Source: Nitrosopumilus sp. (lineage in GTDB: Archaea > Thermoproteota > Nitrososphaeria > Nitrososphaerales > Nitrosopumilaceae). From it: a stretch of 64,000 bases of DNA. Within the stretch, counting starts at the first letter, position 1. Each line of letters starts with the position of its first letter. The notes under the pieces were generated by a model that did not search any database, was not told the origin of the DNA, and saw nothing but the letters and a program-made list of their open reading frames with translations. Positions 51,303-60,063 of the stretch are shown here, one piece after another. Location: assembly GCA_965203315.1 (NCBI GenBank), contig OZ241857.1, forward strand, positions 352,001 to 416,000, given 5' to 3'. Both the position numbers and the translations under genes were made by a program.

Positions 51303-53094
51303 GAAAGACTATTCTATATTTGCAGGGGATAAATTCATAGAATCAATGCGTAGTAGCGGATATGAAGATACATCATATGCAGTAGCAGAACTAGTGGATA
51401 ATTCCATAGATGCAAATGCGAAACATATTGAGATATTGTGTCAAGATGTCGATGACCCTAGTACGGGCAGATCCATCTTAAAAAAAATAGCTGTGCTAGA
51501 TGATGGTAATGGAATGAACGCATCCCAACTGCGTAGTGCACTTTTATTTGGAGATGGTACACGTGGAGATAATTCTAAAGATATTGGAAAATATGGCATG
51601 GGGTTGCCAAATTCATCCTTATCTCAATGTAAAAGAGTCGAAGTCTACTCGTGGCAAAATGGTTCTAAACCAGTTTATAGTTATATTGATGTTGATGAAG
51701 TAAAACAAGGAAAAAAAGAGATTCCCATACCTGTTGAAAAAAAGATCAATGTTGCATGGATAGAGATGGCGACTCACTTTTCAAGAGAGTCAGGCACACT
51801 AGTGGTGTGGTCTAAACTCGATAGATGTACTTGGGTAACATCAAAGAAGATTATCGAACACTCTGAATTTCACATAGGGCGCATCTATAGAAAGTTTATC
51901 GCTAGTAAAAGAGCCACAATACTCATGACGGCTTCAAAAATAAACGAAAATGATCAAGTTGTTGACGTCAACGCCAAAGAAATGCTTCCAAACGATCCAT
52001 TATATTTAATGGCGCCTACGTCTACACCTGGCAAGTGGGGAAAAATTCCAATGTTTAAGCCAGACGTAACGCCTGAAAAAACCTATACTATAGATTATGC
52101 TGGGAGACCACACATAATAACTGTCAGGTATTCTATTGAGAAGGATGAGCTTAGAGCCCCAGAAAATGTATCTGGTGATCAAGGTAATACACCACATGGA
52201 AAACACGCTCGCAGAAATGTAGGTGTCTCTATTATGCGAGCTGATCGTGAAATAGCATTAGATATGAGCCTGGTTATAGGATCTGATCCTCGGGATCGAT
52301 GGTGGGGTGTTGAAATCGATATACCATCCTCATTAGATCGAGTAGTAGATCTTACAGCAGATAAACAAAAGATGGTTGCGTTGACACAAATAATGAGACT
52401 CATAGGTAGATTTGGTGATGATGACTCGGACAGAGATGATATCTTGTTAGATGTCTCTGAGATGGATCATGCTCGTTCAAAATTATTTTCAATAATCCGC
52501 GACACAAAGGCACACATAAGTTCTATGCAACGACGAATTAGAGCAACACGTGCAGGGACACGCACGAGTGTAAAGGGGTCAAAATTGAAAGCCAAGATCG
52601 ATGGCGGAATAAAGAAAGAAGCAGAAGTGGGCGAAATCGGAGAAAGTGACAAAGATAGAGAAAAGTTAACTAAAGAGGAGCGTATAACTATGCTTATCGA
52701 AGATCAAGTGTCTGACGGAGTCGAAGAAAGTCTAGCTAGAGAACGAGCAGAAAAGATGGTAGAGGAGGACTACAAGATCATCTTTGAAGAGGTAGAGGGA
52801 GAAGGAAGTAGCTTCTTTACTGTTCAAAATATTGGTGGAATACTCAAAGTAAAGATAAATTCCAATCATCGAGCATACAAAAATCTATTGACGTTGACTG
52901 TTTCAGAAAAGAAAGATAGTTTGAACTGTGATGAGCGTCTAGACCTAACTAAAGATGGACTGTGGCTACTGTTGGCATCTTGGGCACGTCTTGAAGATCT
53001 CACAGAGAATCGTGAAAAGAAAAGAAACATACAAAATACTAGATTTGATTGGGGTCGAGAGTTGGATATATTTTTAGAACAAAATGAAAAGTAG
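51295..53094 (+). CDS. MORC-like GHKL ATPase
   Basis: SMRSSGY...AVAELVDNSIDA, DDGNGM, GKYGMGL, SGTLVVW, GRIYRKFI. Confidence 0.88.
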   Translation: MTEKDYSIFAGDKFIESMRSSGYEDTSYAVAELVDNSIDANAKHIEILCQDVDDPSTGRSILKKIAVLDDGNGMNASQLRSALLFGDGTRGDNSKDIGKYGMGLPNSSLSQCKRVEVYSWQNGSKPVYSYIDVDEVKQGKKEIPIPVEKKINVAWIEMATHFSRESGTLVVWSKLDRCTWVTSKKIIEHSEFHIGRIYRKFIASKRATILMTASKINENDQVVDVNAKEMLPNDPLYLMAPTSTPGKWGKIPMFKPDVTPEKTYTIDYAGRPHIITVRYSIEKDELRAPENVSGDQGNTPHGKHARRNVGVSIMRADREIALDMSLVIGSDPRDRWWGVEIDIPSSLDRVVDLTADKQKMVALTQIMRLIGRFGDDDSDRDDILLDVSEMDHARSKLFSIIRDTKAHISSMQRRIRATRAGTRTSVKGSKLKAKIDGGIKKEAEVGEIGESDKDREKLTKEERITMLIEDQVSDGVEESLARERAEKMVEEDYKIIFEEVEGEGSSFFTVQNIGGILKVKINSNHRAYKNLLTLTVSEKKDSLNCDERLDLTKDGLWLLLASWARLEDLTENREKKRNIQNTRFDWGRELDIFLEQNEK

Positions 53095-53124
53095 GTTTAA
53101 AAGCAACTGACCGCAGTTCCGTAT

Positions 53125-54291
53125 ATGCCATATATGGATTACAACTCTACAACACCCATAGACACTCGTGTGTTAGACATAATGAACAAAACATATACTG
53201 AACACTTTGGAAACCCATCGAGTACACACCCGGTAGGAATTGATGCAGATGATCTCTTAAATACAGCACGGGAAAATGTATCGGCACTAGTAAATGCTAA
53301 ATCAAACGACGTGATATTTACTTCAGGAGCTACAGAAGCCAACAATATGGTGATATCATGGATCGGAACAAAGAGTGATAAGCCAAACCGTCTCCTATAT
53401 GGATCCACAGAACACAAGTCAATAATTGAGACTTCCACTTACATGTCCAAAAAATTTGGACTCGAAATAAAACCAATCCCAGTAACAACGGATGGTGTTA
53501 TAGATATAGAAAGATACAAAGAACTCTTGGATGAATCATCTACAGATATCGTATCAGTGATGGCGGCAAATAGTGAGACGGGTGTAATTAATCCAATCAA
53601 AAAAATTGCTCACCTAGCTAAATCTCATGGCGCTATATTTCACTGTGATGCTACACAAGCTGTAGGTAGAATTCCTTTTGATATGAATGATCTAGATATC
53701 GATATTGTCACAATGAGCAGTCATAAAATTTATGGTCCAAAAGGTGTAGGAGCCCTAATTGCAAACAGATCAATCCGAAGGCAGTTGAGTCCTCTGATTC
53801 ATGGCGGAGGTCAAGAAGGAAATCTGCGTAGTGGTACAGAGAATGTTCCAGGCATAGTTGGATTCTCAAAGGCATGTGAGATAGCAATATCTGAAGGATT
53901 AGATGACTCTAAACGACAAGCAGATATGCGTGATAATCTAGAATCCCATTTGATATCATCACTAGATAATGTTACTGTAAATGGTGGTAATGTGGATCGC
54001 ATACCTAACACAACAAACCTAAGAATCGCCGGTGCTCTGGCCGATGCAGTAGTCGTAAACTTGAAAGAGACAGATATCTCAACTGGCAGTGCATGTTCAT
54101 CATCTACAATGGAGCCTTCACATGTACTAATTGCTATGGGTTTAACTAGAGATCAAGCAGATGAATCAATTCGTATATCTGTTGGAAGACCTACAACGCA
54201 ACAAGATGTGTACACGACAATTAGAGATATCATACAATCAGCTACATATGTTAGGCAAAAAGAGACAGAGATCACAGGACGTGTAATATGA
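53125..54291 (+). CDS. sspA: Cysteine desulfurase SspA (IscS-like)
   Basis: YMDYNSTT, FTSGATEANN, HCDATQ, SSHKIYGPKG, STGSACSS; overlaps sspB. Confidence 0.9.
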   Translation: MPYMDYNSTTPIDTRVLDIMNKTYTEHFGNPSSTHPVGIDADDLLNTARENVSALVNAKSNDVIFTSGATEANNMVISWIGTKSDKPNRLLYGSTEHKSIIETSTYMSKKFGLEIKPIPVTTDGVIDIERYKELLDESSTDIVSVMAANSETGVINPIKKIAHLAKSHGAIFHCDATQAVGRIPFDMNDLDIDIVTMSSHKIYGPKGVGALIANRSIRRQLSPLIHGGGQEGNLRSGTENVPGIVGFSKACEIAISEGLDDSKRQADMRDNLESHLISSLDNVTVNGGNVDRIPNTTNLRIAGALADAVVVNLKETDISTGSACSSSTMEPSHVLIAMGLTRDQADESIRISVGRPTTQQDVYTTIRDIIQSATYVRQKETEITGRVI

Positions 54292-55253
54292 TGCTAATTA
54301 CCGAGGCTGTTCCCGCACCATCATTTTCACGACATGAATCATTTCATCTTCGATATGGTTGGCTCAAGAAAGCATATAATCAAGTAATGCAAGATAGTTC
54401 TATATTCAAACGTGATAACGCCCCTATCAAACTTGGTGTAGGAAAAAATATGGTACGCGCCATAAAGTTTTGGGGATTGGCTAGTAAAATATTGGAGATA
54501 GACTCTCAAACAAAGCATGGTCCTGTAATATCTACGTCTCTTGGCCATTACATATTTGCCGATAATGGACTCGATCCATACATCGAGAATCCAAACACGC
54601 TATGGCTTTTGCATTGGCTATTACTTGCTCCTCCGTGTAGACTTCCTGTATGGTGGTTAATCATGAACCGATTTACTGCAACAAACATCAAAGTAAATGA
54701 TCTTATAGACACAGTCACAAATCAGATCACAAACATTAGTGAATGGGCTTCGCCTAGCCCAAATTCTATAAAAAAAGATATTGATGTATTCATCCATACC
54801 TACACTACTAGACGAGATAAGATGTCCATAGAAGAATACTTGGACTGTCCTTTACGCCAAATTCACATACTTAAACAAAATTCTAAAGACGAGATACGCT
54901 TCATCTATGGCGAAAAATATGGATTGTCCCCTTTTGTGGTAGCATTTGCCTGTCTAGACTTTATAGACAGAGCAAACATTCAATCTAAGAGCGTATCTGT
55001 AAGTAAACTTGCGACAGAATATGGTGGTGTTGGGAACACATTCAAGATTACTGAACACGATTTAACAAAAATGTTGTTGGAAACCTCTAATCAAACTAGT
55101 ATTTTGTCAGTACAAAATATTGCGGGTCTGCCACATTTAACATTCAAAAGCACTGCAAAAGAAGCTTCATTAAAAATATTGGCAGAAATGTATGGCAAGA
55201 AGCGATTACCACACATCAAATCTTTATCAGAATTAAAGGTGATTATTCAATGA
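54288..55253 (+). CDS. sspB: SspB (DUF4007 family)
   Basis: FSRHESFHLRYGWLKK, LGVGKNMVRAIKFW, DPYIE...TLWLLHW. Confidence 0.92.
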   Translation: MMLITEAVPAPSFSRHESFHLRYGWLKKAYNQVMQDSSIFKRDNAPIKLGVGKNMVRAIKFWGLASKILEIDSQTKHGPVISTSLGHYIFADNGLDPYIENPNTLWLLHWLLLAPPCRLPVWWLIMNRFTATNIKVNDLIDTVTNQITNISEWASPSPNSIKKDIDVFIHTYTTRRDKMSIEEYLDCPLRQIHILKQNSKDEIRFIYGEKYGLSPFVVAFACLDFIDRANIQSKSVSVSKLATEYGGVGNTFKITEHDLTKMLLETSNQTSILSVQNIAGLPHLTFKSTAKEASLKILAEMYGKKRLPHIKSLSELKVIIQ

Positions 55254-58200
55254 CAACTCTACAAAAGACTAAAAAGAAGACTAAACCACTATCTCGTCTA
55301 GTCACCACCATCCAAAAGCCAAACGCTTCTACAAATGTAGAGCATGATGATATTATCTCTTTAAAACAGTACTTTCCAGGTCCCAGTACACTAGATGTAA
55401 TCAAGCGGTTTGCAAACAGTCTTACTAACTCCAAAAATGGAGTAATGTTATCGATAACTGGTCCTTATGGATCTGGCAAATCCACCATGGCAACATTTCT
55501 AAAAGGATTAACGTCGTCTAGATCTACTACAGAATGGCAGACATCTCACCACATATTGAAGAAGATCGCTCCAGACATAGATAAACTACTTGTAGATGGA
55601 AGAAGACTCACCGAGACTGATGAACGTGGACTATTAACGTGTGCAATATCTGCAAGACGTGAACCACTATCTATAACAATACTTCGTGCTTTACATAAAG
55701 GGGCAGAACAATACTTTGGTAGATATACAAACAAGCATTTTGCAAATGCTGATCTTCTTGTACACGCGATCAATAATTTGGACAAAACACCTCCAAAAAC
55801 CAGCGATATCATAGAGATCATATCTAGTATGTGTCAAGTATCTCCTGTACTGTTATTGATAGATGAGTTTGGGAAGAATATAGAGTATTTTACAGTTGAT
55901 GGGACAGAAAACAGCGATCTGTTTCTTTTGCAACAACTTGCAGAGATGTCTGGTCGCGGAAGAAGAGTACCGTTATCGATCATAACGCTGCAACATATGG
56001 CTTTTGAAGAATACGTGGGTGTATCAATGAATCAAAAACGGGAATGGTCCAAGATTCAAGGCAGATTTGAAGATATACCTTTTGCAAACTCGCCAGATCA
56101 AATACGCCTGCTAATCTCAAAGAGCATACGTATTGACAACTCGATCGCTAGTAACAAAATCATTAAAAGATGGGCAGAACAGCAGTTAAAGAAATTACAA
56201 CATATTGTAAATAATGAGTCTAGTACAGATTTAATTGCAGCTTGTTACCCACTAGATCCATTATCTCTTGAAATTCTTCCTGAACTGTGTACTAGGTACG
56301 GTCAACATGAGCGAACATTATTGTCATTTATCACAAGTGGTGGTAAACACACAGTTGCGACATTTATAGATCAAAATACGTGGGACAATACCGCCAGATT
56401 ACCCACAATGAGTATTGATGTACTCTATGATTATTTCATAAGGGACACTAGTATGATTCATTCTAATTCTAACATAACTAGACTGATGGAGATTGAAACA
56501 ATAATCCGTGACGCACACGGTTTAACCGATCTTGAGACCAAAACACTCAAAGTCATAGGATTAATAAATTTAATTAGCACGTCTGGAAATCTACGTGCGT
56601 CTCAAAGAGTGATCGAGTATGCAATCGGATGTAATCCGAATTTAATCTTGAAGAAACTGGAAAAAAGATCCATCATTACATTTAGAAAACATGCTGATGA
56701 ATATAGGATATGGCGTGGCACAGACATTGATATTGCTGTCAATTTAGAGATACAGAGCAAGCGATATCAAAATACCCCTCTTCTAGAAATATTAAATCAA
56801 ACAATACGTATTGATGCAATAGTAGCTGCCAAACATAATATTGAAACTGGCAGTATGAGGCTCTTTGAGAGACGGTTTGCTGATGGTTCAAACACTGTTC
56901 ATGTCGATGATGCTTATGATGGCGCAATCATTTATAGAATTGCTAACTGTGCAATCCCAAAGGCTAACAAACCAATAATTGTGATCGACGCACAAGATTT
57001 TACTGATCTTCGTGTTGCGAGTATACAAGTTATGGCTATTCAAGATACTTTAAACGATGAGACTGTTGTTAATGATTGGGTAGCTACAAAAGAACTGCGT
57101 GAGAGACTTGCAGATGCTGAGACGAGAATGGATCAAGTGTTTAACAGCACGTACGGCTACGATGCTCGATGGTCATATCTTGGTAAGAATAAAGCAATCG
57201 GAAACGACACACTCAGTTCAATAGTATCCAAAGTTTGTGATGTCGCGTACAATCAAACACCAAAGATTTACAACGAGATGATCAACCGTAATGTAATATC
57301 TAGTCAAGGGATTACAGCTAGGAAAAATCTATTTGACAGAATGCTCACTAGTCCACATAAACATTCTTTTGGTATTGAAGGCTGGGGTCCTGAAAGAGCA
57401 CTTTATGAAGCCATGTTTGCAAAAAAGATTCATGTTGGTAAATTTAACTCAGAGTGGAAGTTACAAGATGTTAACGACGAATCCTTGACGCCTTCTTGGA
57501 ACATGATGCTTGATACAATCAGATCTTCAAAGACGCGCGTATCGATATTTGATATATATGAAAAATGTAAATTACCTCCGTATGGAATCAAAGAAGGAGT
57601 CATACCGTTATTTGTTATTCCTATTCTTTTAATACACAAAGATAACATCGCCGTGTATGAACATGGATCATACGTTCCAAAGATTACTATTGAAGTTATA
57701 GAAAGAATGGTCAAAAACCCTGTTCATTTTGAGGTAAAGTATTTCAAACTGACCCCATCAAAGAAGCAACTAATTCAAACAGTATCAAATGATCTAGGAA
57801 TAAAGACAAATTCAAGTATACTTGGTATTGTGAGTCACATTGTAAGAATAGTCTCTACATTACCCCCGTATGTGATCAAGACGCAGAGGTTGAACAAAAA
57901 CACACTAGCTGTAAAGGGTTCCATCATATCGGCAATAGAGCCAGATGTATTGTTGTTTCATACGCTTCCAAAAGCACTTGGTTTTAAGCCATTTTCTACT
58001 AGCGTCTCGGATAAAGATATTATAAAGTTCTCTAAAACACTCGCAAATTCAGTCAAGACACTGCAAAATGAATTCGACAAGACACTTGACGATGTTATAG
58101 ATATGTTATATGAAACAACGGGCATATACGATCGAGCAAAATTATCAAAGTTAGCCAAAATGATGTTAGATGACGTCACAAACAAAACGATGAAGACTTT

Positions 58201-58588
58201 TCTAAGCGCAATATCTACTGATGCATTGGAGAGTGATTATGATTGGATCAAATACGTTGCATTGAGTCTAACTGACATACCTCCTGCAAACTGGAAAGAC
58301 GAACAGAGATTGATGTTTGAGAACAAGCTTGCAGAAATATCGAGTCAATTTAATAGACTAGCCTCACTACATTTTGCAAATATTGTAGATGCTTTTGAAA
58401 CACCTTATTGCCAAATAACCATCACACATGCAGATGGTAATGAAGAACACAAGATGGTTGCCTTGAATCCTGAGCGAAAGAAGGTTATAGAAAAAGAAGC
58501 AAAGAACATACTTCGATCATTAAAAAAGAAAGGCTTTTCTGTTAAAGATAGAGACGCTTTAGTGGCTATCCTAAGTTCTGAAGACTGA
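55250..58588 (+). CDS. sspC: SspC large P-loop ATPase
   Basis: ITGPYGSGKST, LLIDEFGK, EWSKIQGRF, CYPL.P, GQHERTL.SF, NEMINR, PPYGIKEG. Confidence 0.9.
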   Translation: MTTLQKTKKKTKPLSRLVTTIQKPNASTNVEHDDIISLKQYFPGPSTLDVIKRFANSLTNSKNGVMLSITGPYGSGKSTMATFLKGLTSSRSTTEWQTSHHILKKIAPDIDKLLVDGRRLTETDERGLLTCAISARREPLSITILRALHKGAEQYFGRYTNKHFANADLLVHAINNLDKTPPKTSDIIEIISSMCQVSPVLLLIDEFGKNIEYFTVDGTENSDLFLLQQLAEMSGRGRRVPLSIITLQHMAFEEYVGVSMNQKREWSKIQGRFEDIPFANSPDQIRLLISKSIRIDNSIASNKIIKRWAEQQLKKLQHIVNNESSTDLIAACYPLDPLSLEILPELCTRYGQHERTLLSFITSGGKHTVATFIDQNTWDNTARLPTMSIDVLYDYFIRDTSMIHSNSNITRLMEIETIIRDAHGLTDLETKTLKVIGLINLISTSGNLRASQRVIEYAIGCNPNLILKKLEKRSIITFRKHADEYRIWRGTDIDIAVNLEIQSKRYQNTPLLEILNQTIRIDAIVAAKHNIETGSMRLFERRFADGSNTVHVDDAYDGAIIYRIANCAIPKANKPIIVIDAQDFTDLRVASIQVMAIQDTLNDETVVNDWVATKELRERLADAETRMDQVFNSTYGYDARWSYLGKNKAIGNDTLSSIVSKVCDVAYNQTPKIYNEMINRNVISSQGITARKNLFDRMLTSPHKHSFGIEGWGPERALYEAMFAKKIHVGKFNSEWKLQDVNDESLTPSWNMMLDTIRSSKTRVSIFDIYEKCKLPPYGIKEGVIPLFVIPILLIHKDNIAVYEHGSYVPKITIEVIERMVKNPVHFEVKYFKLTPSKKQLIQTVSNDLGIKTNSSILGIVSHIVRIVSTLPPYVIKTQRLNKNTLAVKGSIISAIEPDVLLFHTLPKALGFKPFSTSVSDKDIIKFSKTLANSVKTLQNEFDKTLDDVIDMLYETTGIYDRAKLSKLAKMMLDDVTNKTMKTFLSAISTDALESDYDWIKYVALSLTDIPPANWKDEQRLMFENKLAEISSQFNRLASLHFANIVDAFETPYCQITITHADGNEEHKMVALNPERKKVIEKEAKNILRSLKKKGFSVKDRDALVAILSSED

Positions 58589-58785
58589 TTCCATAGCGAA
58601 TCAACTATGCAATCTCTTAATTGATAAAGCACTAAAAATTGATGTTGTTAAATCGTTTTACGCATCATTCTATAACGCGGAATTAAAAAGTTACATCTCG
58701 TACTCCATATCCATATCTCTTGCAAAACTATGCTCGATCTAAACTTTTAGAAAATTTTAATAAATAGCAATATGATCTTAGATGT

Positions 58786-59625
58786 GTGGTTAGGCATGTC
58801 TGTGGCATATCTGGAGGTAAAGACTCTAGTGCTCTTGCTGTATATATGAGAGACAAAGTTCCAGACATGGAGTATTTCTTTTGTGATACGGGTGCCGAGT
58901 TGCCAGAGACTTATACATATCTTGCAAAGCTCGAGGTAGTACTAGGTAAAAAGATCGCCAAACTCAATTCAACACGTAGTTTCGATCACTATTTTGAAGT
59001 CTTTCGTGGAACTCTGCCATCGCCACAGATGCGTTGGTGTACAACAATGCTAAAGATAAAGCCACTCGAAGAGTGGATAGGCGAGGATGAAGTAATATCG
59101 TATGTAGCCATACGTGCAGACGAAAAGAACAGGACTGGATATGTGTCTACAAAGCCCAACATAACTACTGTATTTCCATTCATTGAAGACGACATAGATC
59201 ATTCAGGCGTAATCAGGATACTTGAAGATGCTGGAATTAATCTTCCAGAGTACTATGAGTGGCGAACTCGTTCTGGTTGTTACTTTTGTTTCTTTCAGCG
59301 AAAAGCAGAATGGGTAGGTCTAGCAGACAAGCATCCTGATCTCTTTGAACGTGCAGTTGCAATAGAACAAAAGATACTCAAAGATGCAGGTGTTGCAGGA
59401 GATGCAGATTTTAAATCAAGTGGAATGAAAGGTCGTCAGTATACGTGGTCACAAGGAGAGACACTCCCGGAACTCTTGTCTAGAAGAGAAGAGATAATGA
59501 AGAATCATCAAGAGAGCATCAAGAGAGCAAAATCAAAGCGAAAGAATCTACCTCTGATCGAAGTTCTCTCAGATGCTCTAGATGACGATGACGAGTCTAC
59601 ACCGTGTACTATGTGTCATCTGTGA
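58786..59625 (+). CDS. sspD: SspD (PAPS reductase family sulfurtransferase)
   Basis: RHVCGISGGKDSSALA, FCDTGAELPETY, RWCT..LKIKP, YEWRTRSGCYFCFFQ, C-term CxxCHL. Confidence 0.92.
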   Translation: MVRHVCGISGGKDSSALAVYMRDKVPDMEYFFCDTGAELPETYTYLAKLEVVLGKKIAKLNSTRSFDHYFEVFRGTLPSPQMRWCTTMLKIKPLEEWIGEDEVISYVAIRADEKNRTGYVSTKPNITTVFPFIEDDIDHSGVIRILEDAGINLPEYYEWRTRSGCYFCFFQRKAEWVGLADKHPDLFERAVAIEQKILKDAGVAGDADFKSSGMKGRQYTWSQGETLPELLSRREEIMKNHQESIKRAKSKRKNLPLIEVLSDALDDDDESTPCTMCHL

Positions 59626-59766
59626 ACTTGCACATAATTCGAGTACAATCAAACTTTTCAGATTATTGAACAATTTCGGCCATCCACAAGCATGTGCTGT
59701 ACAAATAATGTTTTGTTAATTTTGCAAGGATTGAGAGCGATGTGACACTATTTCAAGTAGCGTATA

Positions 59767-60005
59767 TGCCGAAGTGCAAAAGTATTTTCCAAAAAATCAC
59801 TACACATATCTCAGTGAGGATCTCTTAGATTTACATGAGATAGAATGGTTACAGAAAAAACACTACAAGATCTTATAAGGGAAAATTAGAAAAAACCTTA
59901 TGAAATGTCATCGCACGTAAACAGAAAAGATTCATCATGATATGTCCTAATCAACAATTACAGTTAGAAACAAAATGACCACAAACATGTTTTTGTACTT
60001 GACTA
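59767..60005. mobile_element. Nested MITE cluster: family C left end, family B copy (59818-59933), family A right end
   Basis: TGCCGAAGTGCAAAAGTATTTTCCAA at 59767; GGATCTCTTAGATTTA...AAAAGATTC; ATGATATGTCCTAATCAAC...TTTTTGTACTTGACTA matches 28495-28562. Confidence 0.78.
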
Positions 60006-60063
60006 TACATGTTCATTGAGATCAAAGCACCTTGTTCTCAACCAGTTACTTCATTAACATAAT

